The notes under the pieces are model-generated. The model ran no database searches and was not told the DNA's origin. It worked only from the letters and a program-made list of their open reading frames with translations. The position numbers were made by a program, and so were the translations under genes. Source: Eledone cirrhosa (lineage: Eukaryota). From it: DNA of 64,000 bases. The stretch covers positions 218,488,001-218,552,000 of the forward strand of contig OZ024743.1 of NCBI GenBank assembly GCA_964016885.1, read 5' to 3'. Positions 1 to 11,034 of this stretch are shown here, piece by piece; the first letter of the stretch is position 1, and every line of letters starts with the position of its first letter.

Positions 1-250
1 ACTCAGTTAACTCTATAAAAATAATTACTGAACTGATTATATATAAATATGTATTTAATAAACTTTATAAAAACCTGACTATACAAATATTTATATTCAA
101 CTGAATATATGAATATTATATTAAACAGGTGAAAACATTGATATTAAACAGGTTTTATAAAACTTGATAGTTAACTTTATATTTAAATAAGTATATAAAA
201 CTATATAAAAATTTATATTCAACTGCCTATAGAGAATCTTATATTCAAAT
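1..250. repeat. Degenerate ~30-bp tandem repeat (TATATTCAACTGACTATA core)
   Basis: The core recurs several times here and again at ~420-440, 1040-1085, 1575-1660 and 1880-1960, interrupted by insertions. Confidence 0.55.
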
Positions 251-412
251 CACCGTTTAACATCCATTTTTCTACACTAGCATGGGTTGGATGAGTTGTC
301 CCATTGTGAAACAAGCCAGGTCAGATGACTGTGTCTTGCTCATACAGAACTGATTCTGGCTTGATATCTATGGCTGGATGCCCTTCCTAATGTCAACCAC
401 ATTTACAGTGCC
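250..412 (-). mobile_element. SINE/LINE 3' tail of RTE type
   Basis: Shares CATGGGTT..GA and GGCTGGATGCCCTTCCTAA..CAACCACATTTACAGTG with the RTE 3' UTRs. Related copies lie at ~27375-27780 and ~63455-63640. Confidence 0.65.
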
Positions 413-447
413 TAAAGAGAATCTTATATTCAAATTACTATATTAAA

Positions 448-983
448 GTAAATTTCTTTAAGTCGTTTGGAAGCCTCGACAATGCAGATGGGTAAATCTC
501 CGGGTAACAAGATCCGGTGGTGGAGAGAGAGATGTAAGTGGGTGTACGTTGAGATGTGTGGCGTGTAGAAGACTGTAGCATGTAGAAGAATGTAGGAAAG
601 AGCGTAAAGGATAAAAATAAAAATAATAACACGAGATAGAGTTACCTTGGGAGAGATTTAATTGTCCCTATATATTTCGGATTCACATCCATCAACTGGG
701 GTTTTTTTCCGGGAGGCCCCGGAAAAAACCCCCAGTTGATGGATGTGAATCCGAAATATATAGGGACAATTAAATCTCTCCCAAGGTAACTCTATCTCGT
801 GTTATTATTTTTATTTTTATCCTTTACGGTCTTTCCTACATTCTTCTACATGCTACAGTCTTCTACACGCCACACATCTCAACGTACACCCACTTACATC
901 TCTCTCTCCACCACCGGATCTTGTTACCTGGAGATTTACCCATCTGCATTGTTGAGGCTTCCAAACAACTTAAAGAAATTTAC
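448..983. mobile_element. Foldback palindrome (~266-bp arms, 4-nt loop), probable inverted Penelope-like pLTR
   Basis: 448-713 is the near-perfect reverse complement of 718-983 around loop AGGC. The mirror ORFs 438-632(-) and 799-1080(+) reflect this. Each arm has a hammerhead-like motif. Confidence 0.85.
730..765 (+). ncRNA. Minimal type-I hammerhead-like motif with variant core
   Basis: CCC-CAGTTGA-T-GGAT(GTGA)ATCC-GAAA-TATA-TA-GGG. Stems I, II and III are present, but the core box is CAGUUGA instead of CUGANGA. A mirror copy lies at 666-701 (-). Confidence 0.5.
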
Positions 984-1683
984 CTTATTATTCCACAATG
1001 CTTCAAGCAAACTTCAATACTCTGTTACTATATTAAAGTTTATATTCAGATCAACTATCAAATCATATATATTCAACTGACCAGATAAACGTTTCTACTT
1101 ATCTAGTGATATAAGAATGTATACATAAAAATTCAATGCAACATCAGATGAACAACTGGCTGTATAAACTATTAAACTAACAATAACAAAATTATATTTA
1201 GTTGACTATTATTTTTCTGTTGCATGATCCAGTATTTTAAAATGGTACTCTCAATTAAATCCTTTAAAACCATACAAAACCAGATTGCTAGTTTGAGAGC
1301 TGATGGGGGTGAAGATGTGTGTGTGTGAACTTGTCTTGTACATCGCCTTTCTTTATTTTCTTCTTTCAATCACTTCTATGCACCAACACATTGTCCTCCT
1401 CCTCTTTCAATCTTTTCTATATTTTATTTGCTTGTCACCCACCTCATTAATTGTCTCTCTGCCAATCCAAGGCCACTGGTTTCTGTCCTCTGAGGTATTT
1501 TTGCTCATTGTTGTCATTGACAGCATATGGCTGTTTTAATGTCTGTTCTAGCAATGAGTTTTCTCATTTTTATGTGAACTATATAGATATCCAACTAACT
1601 ATATAAGAACTTAAATTAAACTGACTATACATGAAAATGTGTATTCAATTGTCTATACACATTTTTCTAGTCATTATTATCAA

Positions 1684-1870
1684 GGGCGGTGGATTGGCAG
1701 TATCAGTAGAGGGTCGGACGCCATGCTTTGATGCATAGAGTTACGGCCCTTGCCATTCTGAGTTCAAATCCCGCCGAGGTTAACTTTGCCTTTCATCCTT
1801 ACGGGGTCGATAAAATAAAGTACCAGTAATACACTGGGTAATTGTGCCAAAAGTAGAAACAATTATTATC
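1684..1870 (+). mobile_element. tRNA-derived SINE (dominant family)
   Basis: A box TGGCAGTATC.GTAG, B box GAGTTCAAATCCC, central GCCTTTCATCCTTACGGGGTCGATAAAATAAAGTACCAG, (ATT)n tail. Other copies lie at ~23305-23472, 28358-28585, 29210-29387, 34022-34200, 39035-39130(-), 48335-48448(-), 57120-57280 and 61055-61350. Confidence 0.85.
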
Positions 1871-2320
1871 ATGATGACAATATAAAAATTCATATTCAAC
1901 TGACTACATAAAAATATATATCCAACTGTCTGAATAAAAACATTATCTAACTGATTATATTAATATCCCTTTTCAATTATTAGTGCTGGAGGGGTCTTTA
2001 GGCATGTATTTTCCCACAAACCAGGGGAAATCCCAACTTTCTGTCTCTCCTACACAATTTGGAAAAATGCAAGGACTTGAAACATTACATTCTTCACACC
2101 ATACAGTATTTGCATTTATCCAGCTCTTCTACAATCTCTCCTATGAAATAATTGTTGCCAACACAAACACAAACCAGTTTCTTCAGATTCCAGATTTTAC
2201 CATATGAAAACAATTGGCCACATGGCTAAGACACCATTATATATATATATATGTGTGTGTGTATGAGAAAAACCACAGACCCTCCATCTCAACTTATTTT
2301 CATTTTGTAAAAAACATCAC

Positions 2321-2367
<47 letters not shown>

Positions 2368-2513
2368 TGAAAGTAGGAGGATCTAGCATGAGCTTGGCAG
2401 TTTCGGCTAGTCATAATGTGAGACCCCCGTCATCAATAATGATGCAGACGAGAGAATTCAAGAATTCGAGGGAATATATACAATGCATGCAAGTGTGAAA
2501 AAAAAAAACAGAT

Positions 2514-2514
2514 G

Positions 2515-2548
<34 letters not shown>

Positions 2549-2688
2549 GGTAATGATGATGACAATGATGATGATGATGATGATGATGGTGAGGGTGGTG
2601 GTGGTGGTAATGATGATGATGGTGGTGATGATGATGATGATGGTGGTGGTGGTGATGATGGTGATGGTGATGATGATGATGGTGATGG

Positions 2689-2720
<32 letters not shown>

Positions 2721-2737
2721 GTGAGGGTGGTGGTGAT
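2514..2737. repeat. (GAT)n/(GGT)n compound microsatellite
   Basis: Seen directly. It produces the spurious polyD/G, polyM/V and polyS/P ORFs. Confidence 0.95.
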
Positions 2738-2803
2738 ATTAACATTTTACAAAATGAAGAAAAAAAAAAACAACACAAAAAAGTATGAATGAAATATCTT
2801 CAC

Positions 2804-3054
2804 CTCTGGTGACTGTGAGGAGCTGAATTCATTCGAGCCATTGTAGGATGTTGTTGTTCACTGGAAAGGGGGGGAGAAGAGGATGTGAACAAGGAGGTAG
2901 AACTCTGTCTTCTTGAACTCCGTCTTGTAGAATTATTACTGTTTATTGAATGGATTGACATAACAGAAGAACTTGATAAATTTGAAATTGATTTCCCCGG
3001 GAACCAATCACCATGTTGTTGTTGTAGAGGTAGAACTTTTTGTTGTGGTCGTTC

Positions 3055-3099
<45 letters not shown>
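2804..3099 (-). CDS. KIF6: Probable KIF6 low-complexity tail exon (polyQ, Ser-rich)
   Basis: Phase-0 open frame Q15-ERPQQKVLPLQQQHGDWFPGKSISNLSSSS...SSPPLSSEQQHPTMARMNSAPHSHQ. An in-frame TGA lies just upstream, so the acceptor must be a CAG of the repeat. It ends at donor gtgaag (2803) or runs to TGA at 2802-2800. Assigned by position and phase, not by homology. Confidence 0.6.
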
Positions 3100-3105
<6 letters not shown>

Positions 3106-3149
3106 TCAAGAATTTTTAAATTAATCATTATAACAAATTTAAAACATAT

Positions 3150-4055
3150 ATCATCATCATCATCATCATCATCAACGTTTAACGTCCGTGTTCCACGCTT
3201 GCATGGGTTTGGACGGGGGTAGTCCCACTTGAGGCAAGAGTGATTGTCTTGCTCGCATAGGACTGTCTGGCAGGTTTTCTACAGTTGGATGCCCTTCCTA
3301 ACACCAACCACATTTACAGTGTGGGTCTGGGAGGTTTTTACCGTGTTGCCTACACGGCCACATTACAGCGTGGACTGTGTGTTTTTTGTCGTGACACCTA
3401 CACGATCTCATTTGTTTCGGCCTGGATGGCGCGGCACCAACATAACTTTACATAGAACAGGGTGGTGTGGATGGGGTGAGGGTGGTGGCGGGACGGGGTG
3501 TAGTTTGTTAGAGATGCCTACTGGCAAGGCGGGTCTTCTCTGTTACTGAGTACCGCCAAAGGTCACGGTCCAGTGACATTGTCTTGGAGAGGTGTAAGTG
3601 TGTGAGGTCGGAGTTTATCAGCTCATCCCATGTTTTTCTAGGTCTGCCTATTCCGTGGCTACCGTCTATCTTTATTGCCCTGCACTTTGTAATACAGCTA
3701 TCGACTTTCATGCGCATCACGTGTCCATACCAACGCAGCCTTCTCTCGAGTAAACAACATCTGATCCCTCTTATCTCTAATTTTTTCCTTAGTTCGTTTA
3801 TGCTTTGCCGTTCACGTATATTACTGTTATACATCCAGCGGAGCATGCAAGCTTCGTTCCTCTCTAGTCTGCGTATATCCTCTGCACACAATGCCCAGGT
3901 CTCACTACCATGCAACATTGCTGTTCGTATGCAGGCATCGTACAACCTGCCTTTCATTTTTAGGGAGAACCCTTTAGCAGCTAATAGTGGTATAAGCTCT
4001 CTGAACTTTTTCCAACCAGTTCTGACTCTAGCTACAGTACTTTCAGAGCACCCTC
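3150..4055 (-). mobile_element. RTE-clade LINE, 3' fragment
   Basis: ORF 3508-3957 (KGRLYDACIRTAMLHGSETW...RRLRWYGHVMRM...GRPRKTW) is an RTE ORF2 C-terminus, followed by a 3' UTR and a (GAT)n tail. Confidence 0.9.
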
Positions 4056-4146
4056 ATGCACGCACTCACATATACATATTGGCACACACACACACACACA
4101 TATATATATATACATGCACATATTATATAAATATATATATAAATAT

Positions 4147-6921
4147 ATCATCATCATCATCACCGTTTAACGTCCATATTCCACGCTTGCATGGGTTTGG
4201 ACGGGAGTTTTCCCACTTGAGGCAAGAGTGGTTGTCTTGCTCGCATAGGACTGTCTGGCAGGTTTTCTATGGCTGGATGCCCTTCGTAACACCAACCATG
4301 TTTACAGTGTGAACTGGGAGGTTTTTACCGTGTTACCTACATGGCCACATTACAGCGTGGACAGTGTTTTTTTGTTGTGACACCTACACGACCTCATTTG
4401 TTTCGGGCTGGATGTTGTGGTACCAACATAACTTTACATTGAAAGGGGGTGGTTTGGATGGGGTGGGGGTAGTGGGACGGGGGTGTATTTTGTTAGAGGT
4501 GCCTACTGACTGTAATAGGTTTCACTTTGCACTTAGGTAAGGCGGGTCTTCTCTATTACTGTGTAGCGCCAAAGATCTCGGTCCAGTGACATTGTCTTGG
4601 AGAGGTGTAAGTGTGTGAGGTCGGAATTTATCAAGTCGTCCCAGATTTTTCTGGGTCTGCCTACTCCGTGGCTACCGTCTATTTTTATTGCCCTGCACTT
4701 TTTTATACAACTGTCGTCTTTCATGCGCATCACGTGACCATACCAACGTAGTCTTCTCTCGAGTAAACAACATCTGATCCCTCTTATTTCTAATTTCTCC
4801 CTTAGTTTGTTTATGCTTTGCCGTTCACGTATATTACTATTACACATCCAGCGGAGCATGCAAGTTTCGTTTCTCTCCAGTCTGCGTATATCCTCTGCAC
4901 ACAATGCCCAGGTCTCACTGCCATGTAACATTGCTGTTCGTATGCAGGCATCATACAGCCTGCCTTTCATTTTTAGAGAGAACCCTTTAGCGGCCAATAG
5001 TGGTATAAGCTCTCTGAACTTTTTCCATCCCGTTCTGACTCTAGCTACTGTACTTTCAGAGCACCCTCCCCTACTGCTGATTTTGTCACCCAGGTAACGG
5101 AAGCTGTCCACTATTTCTATAGAACCATCTGTGCAATGGAATGAGTTAGTATTCTGTGGGCACTTGCTGCTACTTATTGCACCAGAGCACCAGCCACATA
5201 TAAAATCTATATTCTTAGTTAGCTTACCTGTGATCCCACTACATCTTTTATGTACCCATACTTTACATTTGGGACATAAAATGGAGTTTCTACCTACTCC
5301 TTTCCTACACACTGAGCATGGCCATTTCCCAGATGGGACCGGTGCCCTATTTTCCTTCCTACAAACTAGAACTTTAGTCTTAGCCAAGTTAACTTTAAGG
5401 CCTTTTGATTCTAGGCCATGCTTCCATGTTTGGAATTTCTTCTCTAGTTCAGCCATTGATTCAGCTATGAGCGTTAGATCATCTGCATATAGGAGTTCCC
5501 ATGGGCAGCCGGTCTTGAACTCCTCTGTTATAGCCTGAAGGGCAATAATAAATAGTAGGGGGCTAAGGACGGAGCCCTGATGAACACCAACTTTTATGCT
5601 AAACTCTTCACTATATTCGTTATTAATTCTAACCTTGCTGACTGTTTCTTTATACATGGCTTGTATAGCTCCCACAAGCCATTCATCAACAATCAACACC
5701 TAGTTTTCTAAGGGCCCACCAGATAATCGAGCGGGGTACTCTGTCAAAGGCTTTCTCCAAGTCAACAAAAGCTAAGTATAGGGGTTTACTTTTAGCTAGG
5801 TACTTCTCCTGTAGTTGTCGTACAATGAAAAGAGTGTCTGTTGTACTTTTACCTGACACAAACCCGAACTGCATTTCGTCTAGATCAATTCGCTCTCTGA
5901 TTAGTTACACTATTACTTTTTCTGTGACCTTCATGACCTGGTCAATTAATTTAATGCCTCTATAGTTTCCCCTATCTAGGGCATCACCTTTACCCTTGTA
6001 GTAGTTAATGATGATGCTGCTGCACCAGTCCTTCGGAACGACCCCATTCTGTATGACTTGGTTTACTATCCGGGTGACCATAGTGTGTCCCACCGTTCCA
6101 GATGCTTTCAGCATTTCGGCAACTATTTCCGAAGGCCCGGCCGCCTTGCCCGTCTTCATGTCTTTGATCTCCTTACTTATTATACTACCTTCAACTTGCA
6201 CTGCTGGTCCCTCTATTGGGTCGATGTGGGGGAGACTGTCTTTCTCCCAATTATTCTCCTCATTTAGTAGCCTTTCGTAGTGACACTTCCAAGCTACCTT
6301 CTTATCAGCATCAGTGATGGCAAGTACACCATCATCATTTAGGACACACTTCTCCCCGACAATATCACTGTTTTCCTTGACACATTGCCTAGCAATCCTG
6401 AACACCTCACGTTTTTGGTCCTTGCGTTGTAGAACATGCTTGCACTTTCTTTCCTCTGCTTCCCTTCTTGCGAAGTACACTTGTCTCCCAGCTTCCCTCC
6501 TGGCCACTTGATAGTCTTCTCTACTTCCCCCATCCCGCCATGCTTTCCAAGCCTGCTTTTTGGCCTTGATTGACCTCTCCACCTTACTGTTCCACCACCA
6601 AGTTACTCTCCTCCTGCTTATAGGCCTGCTCCAGCCACAGGTTTCATCTGTCGCCTTCAGTAGGTTAGCTTTCAGGAATTCCCACTGTTCCTCTATATTG
6701 TATGACTCTAATTGCTCTTCCTTACTATCAAATGCATCAAGTAATATGCTTTGATATTTATGACTGGCTGTGGGGTCCTTTAATTTCCATATTTTTCTCC
6801 TGAGGATAGTCCTCTTCTGTTGTCGAATACGTCTCGTCCTGACTATGAGGTCGCTAATTATGAGTCTATGTTGAGACGTGCATTCTTCATGGGGGAGGGA
6901 TTTAGTGTTTACAACAGACAC
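4147..6921 (-). mobile_element. RTE-clade LINE, 5'-truncated, ORF2 pseudogenised
   Basis: ORFs 5905-6921, 5686-5874 and 4533-5699 carry RT motifs NYRGIKL, QFGF, FVDLEKAFDRV, GVHQGSVLSPLLF and YADD. There is a nonsense TAA at 5905-5907 (CAA in the 42.6-kb copy), a 7-nt duplication frameshift near 5690, and a (GAT)n tail. Confidence 0.95.
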
Positions 6922-6923
6922 TC

Positions 6924-6949
<26 letters not shown>

Positions 6950-6954
<5 letters not shown>

Positions 6955-7427
6955 TGGTAAACGGAATAGAAAATGCTGACAAATTGTTCACAGTTGAAAA
7001 ATGGTTTAATTAGGAATAAAAGAGTATTAGTGATTGTATGGGTTAGTATTCAGTTGTGGTTTTAAGTTTTTAAGTTTTACCGGTTGCGCATTTCTAAATG
7101 CTTTTCAAAAATAATTTTGAGATAGAGTGTCCGTGCTGTTTGCTCTGATCTGATTAGTTTTGGGAATTCTACCTGTTTTTATGTTAAAAAAGTGGCTCCA
7201 GCGTTACTTTGGTGTTGCAAAATTTCTTGTGGTCAAAACAATTTTGATTGGTCGGTAGAGGTCATGTGAGTGTAAAAAATTGATTTTGCGCCAAGACTGT
7301 TTTTATGTTAAAAAAGTGGCTCCAGCAACAATTCTTGTGGTCAAAACAATTTTGATTGGTCGGTAGAGGTCATGTGAATAAAAAATTGGTTTTGCGCCAA
7401 GATTGAGAAATGACTCTTTCACAACAA

Positions 7428-7482
<55 letters not shown>

Positions 7483-8345
7483 CGAATAATGTACACCATT
7501 TTACCAGGGGGAAAAAATACTGGTCCACCCACACACACACACACACACACACATATATACACACACACATACACACGCGTACATCAACATACAAAGAGAC
7601 TTATATACACACACACACGCACTTCTCCGTATAAGACAAAAGCTGAAAAAGATCTTTTGACATGCTAAAATATTTTGCTTTCAGACACATTCTTACTGAC
7701 CATCCCTGCCACCACGAATTACTCTGCTATACTCACACACACACACACACACACACTTATCTCAATAGCCATTTGACACACATCACTGCTAACCATTATC
7801 AGAACATCGAACACCTTACTACTACTACTACTACTACACACACACACACACACACACACACATATTTGTTGTGAAAGAGTCATTTCTCAATCTTGGCGCA
7901 AAACCAATTTTTTATTCACATGACCTCTACCGACCAATCAAAATTGTTTTGACCACAAGAATTGTTGCTGGAGCCACTTTTTTAACATAAAAACAGTCTT
8001 GGCGCAAAATCAATTTTTTACACTCACATGACCTCTACCGACCAATCAAAATTGTTTTGACCACAAGAAATTTTGCAACACCAAAGTAACGCTGGAGCCA
8101 CTTTTTTAACATAAAAACAGGTAGAATTCCCAAAACTAATCAGATCAGAGCAAACAGCACGGACACTCTATCGCAAAATTATTTTTGAAAAGCATTTAGA
8201 AATGCGCAACCGGTAAGAACTTAAAAACTTAAACCACAACTGAATACTAACCCATACAATCACTAATACTCTTTTATTCCTAATTAAACCATTTTTCAAC
8301 TGTGAACAATTTGTCAGCATTTTCTATTCCGTTTACCAATATATA
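6950..8345. mobile_element. Foldback element (~500-bp inverted arms, microsatellite-rich spacer), probable Penelope-like derivative
   Basis: ~6950-7450 is the near-identical reverse complement of ~7845-8345. It sits in (TA)n. Each arm has an internal ~100-120-bp tandem duplication and a hammerhead-like motif. Confidence 0.85.
8182..8218 (+). ncRNA. Hammerhead-like motif with U3-A8 covariation
   Basis: TTT-TTGAAAA-GCATTT(AG)AAATGC-GCAA-CCGG-TA-AGA. A mirror copy lies at ~7075-7112 (-). Confidence 0.45.
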
Positions 8346-8374
8346 ATAACTTGTGTGTTACACCTCTATTCTTT

Positions 8375-8410
<36 letters not shown>

Positions 8411-9359
8411 CATATACAATATATATATATACACACACATATATAATGTATATGCACACATAGACCATCACTCCTACCTCATGTAAAAACGATGATGATG
8501 ATGATAATGATGATTAATACATACAGAAAAACCAAATATGATGCACTAACACTACAGACTCACCACCTCCTCCTCAAAATAGCCACTAAGTTAATTTCTG
8601 AAGACAGAGTAAATAGTCTCACACTTAGAAGCTCATACGTTAAATTTCATAAATAACTCTTATGCTAGACTTATTAGCTCATTCTAAACAAACTTAGGCA
8701 TAATTAGCAAAAAAAAAACAAAAAAAAAACTATATATTCCTTCATATCAAAAATAGAAACATGTTCCACTCATTACCACACCGGAATTACTCATTAATAG
8801 AATCACACAAGAACATCAAATACAAAGAAATCTATCACTATTTAATTTGATATTTGGAGATGCTTTATACTTCATGAAATCCAACACAAAAATGAAAGAT
8901 TCTGATATTTAAATTATATTACTAGCCATGAATCTCCATTGTTCTATAATAACTCATACACACATTTAATTACACTATGTAAACAACTGAGGAAAAATAA
9001 TTAAAATTATTTGGTAAGTGGATTGTATATGCATATGTATGCCCATATATAGATTTTGTTCTGGATAATTTTGGCAATTAAAAAAAAAACATTAGTTTGT
9101 TAAACACCCAGACCCTATCCCCAGCTCATATAAATAAATAAATAAAATTTAATTATGACAGTAGCATAAGATATTTGTTTTCCTTCTAACTAAAATATAT
9201 ACACTGTTTTGAAAAGAAATATAAATTTTTCTGCTTGACTGAAATAATATACAATATTTTTTACACAGGCAACCACTCATTAACCTTGAAAATTATCTAT
9301 TTAAACCCTCTTATGGCCACCCAGTAATATATTTGAAAAATCTTACTTTAACTAAAATG

Positions 9360-9680
9360 AGCAGTGAATTAGCAGAGTCATTAGAACATTGAATAGTGTT
9401 CTGTGGTATTTGTTTCAGCTTTTTGCTTTCTAAATTCAAATCCCACCGAGCTCAACTTTGCCTTTCATCGAGGTCAATAACAAAAGTACCAGTCTAATTC
9501 TTCCTCTATATCTCTTTCTCACTTCTATTCTCTTACTCTCTATCCTTCTCTGGAAGAAATCTGCAGTGTTCAGACCTGGAGAGGAGATGGGCACTGCTAG
9601 GTTTTAAAAATGCCCCGGAAACACCATATGTTAATACAGCACACCTATGACTCCCTCAGGAGATATGGGTCCATCCATAC
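9360..9680 (+). mobile_element. tRNA-SINE subfamily with a distinct 3' region
   Basis: SINE head followed by CTTCCTCTATATCTC...CCTGGAGAG.AGATGGGC...ATGGGT.CAT.CCAT. A second copy lies at ~62692-63003. Confidence 0.7.
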
Positions 9681-9770
9681 ATATTTCAACTAAAAGAAAT
9701 TATTCTTATCCAATAACAATCTACCCAATTTAAAACCTGTATAAAATAACTTTTCTATTTCTGTATTCTA

Positions 9771-9968
9771 CGAGGGTGGGCTGAAAAGTTCATAGGCTGA
9801 CTATGAAGGGTTGTTGCTAGAGCTGTGAAATCTTGCATGCATAAATTTCAACTCTTCTTATTAATAACTACATTGTTTCTTTCTAGAGGTTATGTTGAAA
9901 AATAAACCTCATTTCATCATTCCATGAGAGTATCTTGGTCATCCTATGAACTTTTCAGCTAACCCTTG
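9771..9968. mobile_element. Mariner-type MITE
   Basis: TA-flanked TIRs CGAGGGTGGGCTGAAAAGTTCATAGG and CCTATGAACTTTTCAGCTAACCCTTG. Confidence 0.85.
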
Positions 9969-10499
9969 TAATTCTCTATATTGAAAAGAAACATGACAAC
10001 CACACAATAACCTGTAAAATCAATTCTTTAATCCCAGCTCATAGTCAAACCCCAAATGTAAAGTAAACAAGCTAATTATTTCTTAAATACATGCTAGATT
10101 ATGCATTAATAGTTTAACTTCAGATTTAGAAAATTGCATTTAACCCTTCCCCCACTCTCTCTCTTAAACACACATAATTACTTTATTTATTTATTCAATT
10201 TAAACGTCCGTATAGAGCTAGTAAGCCATGACAGACTAGGGGAAGTATTGAGAACTCCTTACAGTTGGTAATCAAAAAGAGCTAGGGAGACAAGTAATAA
10301 AAAAAAAATTAGAAAAGAAGAACAAAATTAAATCAAATTAAAATTAAAATTTCAAATATTAAAGGCAGATTATGCATAAGAAAACGAAAACAAAACCGAA
10401 AAATAAAAGGAATTGTGTACATACAAAAGTTGGGAGTGATTTTTAACCTTCTTAATGTAACCTTCTTATGTAAACAAAGAATAAATCAAAATCAGGTAA

Positions 10500-10715
10500 C
10501 CCTTTAGCATTTAAACCAGCTGTATCTGGCCAGAATTCTCTTACCTCTATCTGTTCAAACCAGCTGTAACCAGCCACTCATACTGATGTTAAGGTATTGT
10601 TCTCAAAATAAATAATATGAAAAATCTCATAAATTCGATATTATGTGAGATAATTATGTAAGCCTTTACCATGAAAATATAATAGTAAATATAAAGTAAT
10701 GTAAATACTAAAGGG
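10500..10715. mobile_element. piggyBac-type MITE
   Basis: Termini CCCTTTAGCATTTA...TAAATACTAAAGGG with TTAA-like flanks. It is nested within another inverted repeat (10422-10756). Confidence 0.75.
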
Positions 10716-11034
10716 TTAATACATTAAGAAGGTTAAAATCACTCCCTACTTTTGTAAGTACAATAAGATAGTAATTATAAAGTCAATCTACCAAGGAAGA
10801 ATTATACCACACCAAATTACCAGAGCCAAACATAAAATTATCCTAAACTAAGATAAGAAATTTGTGTTCTGAAGAGGCTCCTTAAAGCCAAAGCTTCAAA
10901 GTCATTGATACTTTTTTCTTCATTTAATACTCTACTCATGCATTGAGTGCTCATTAAGTTTATGTTTCATTTGTTATATATGTGCGAATTTATATAAAAC
11001 ACTTTTATCAATATGTATATATATGTACATACAT

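Noticed and set aside
438-1080. Pair of near-identical ORFs on opposite strands
   Set aside because: They are a by-product of the palindrome, start at GTG and have no recognisable domain.
1684-1780. tRNA genes
   Set aside because: The A and B boxes belong to SINE heads and there is no complete cloverleaf.
2458-2792. PolyS/P, polyD/G and polyM/V ORFs
   Set aside because: They are translations of a (GAT/GGT)n microsatellite.
3584-6754. Plus-strand ORFs overlapping the RTE elements
   Set aside because: They are antisense shadows of ORF2.
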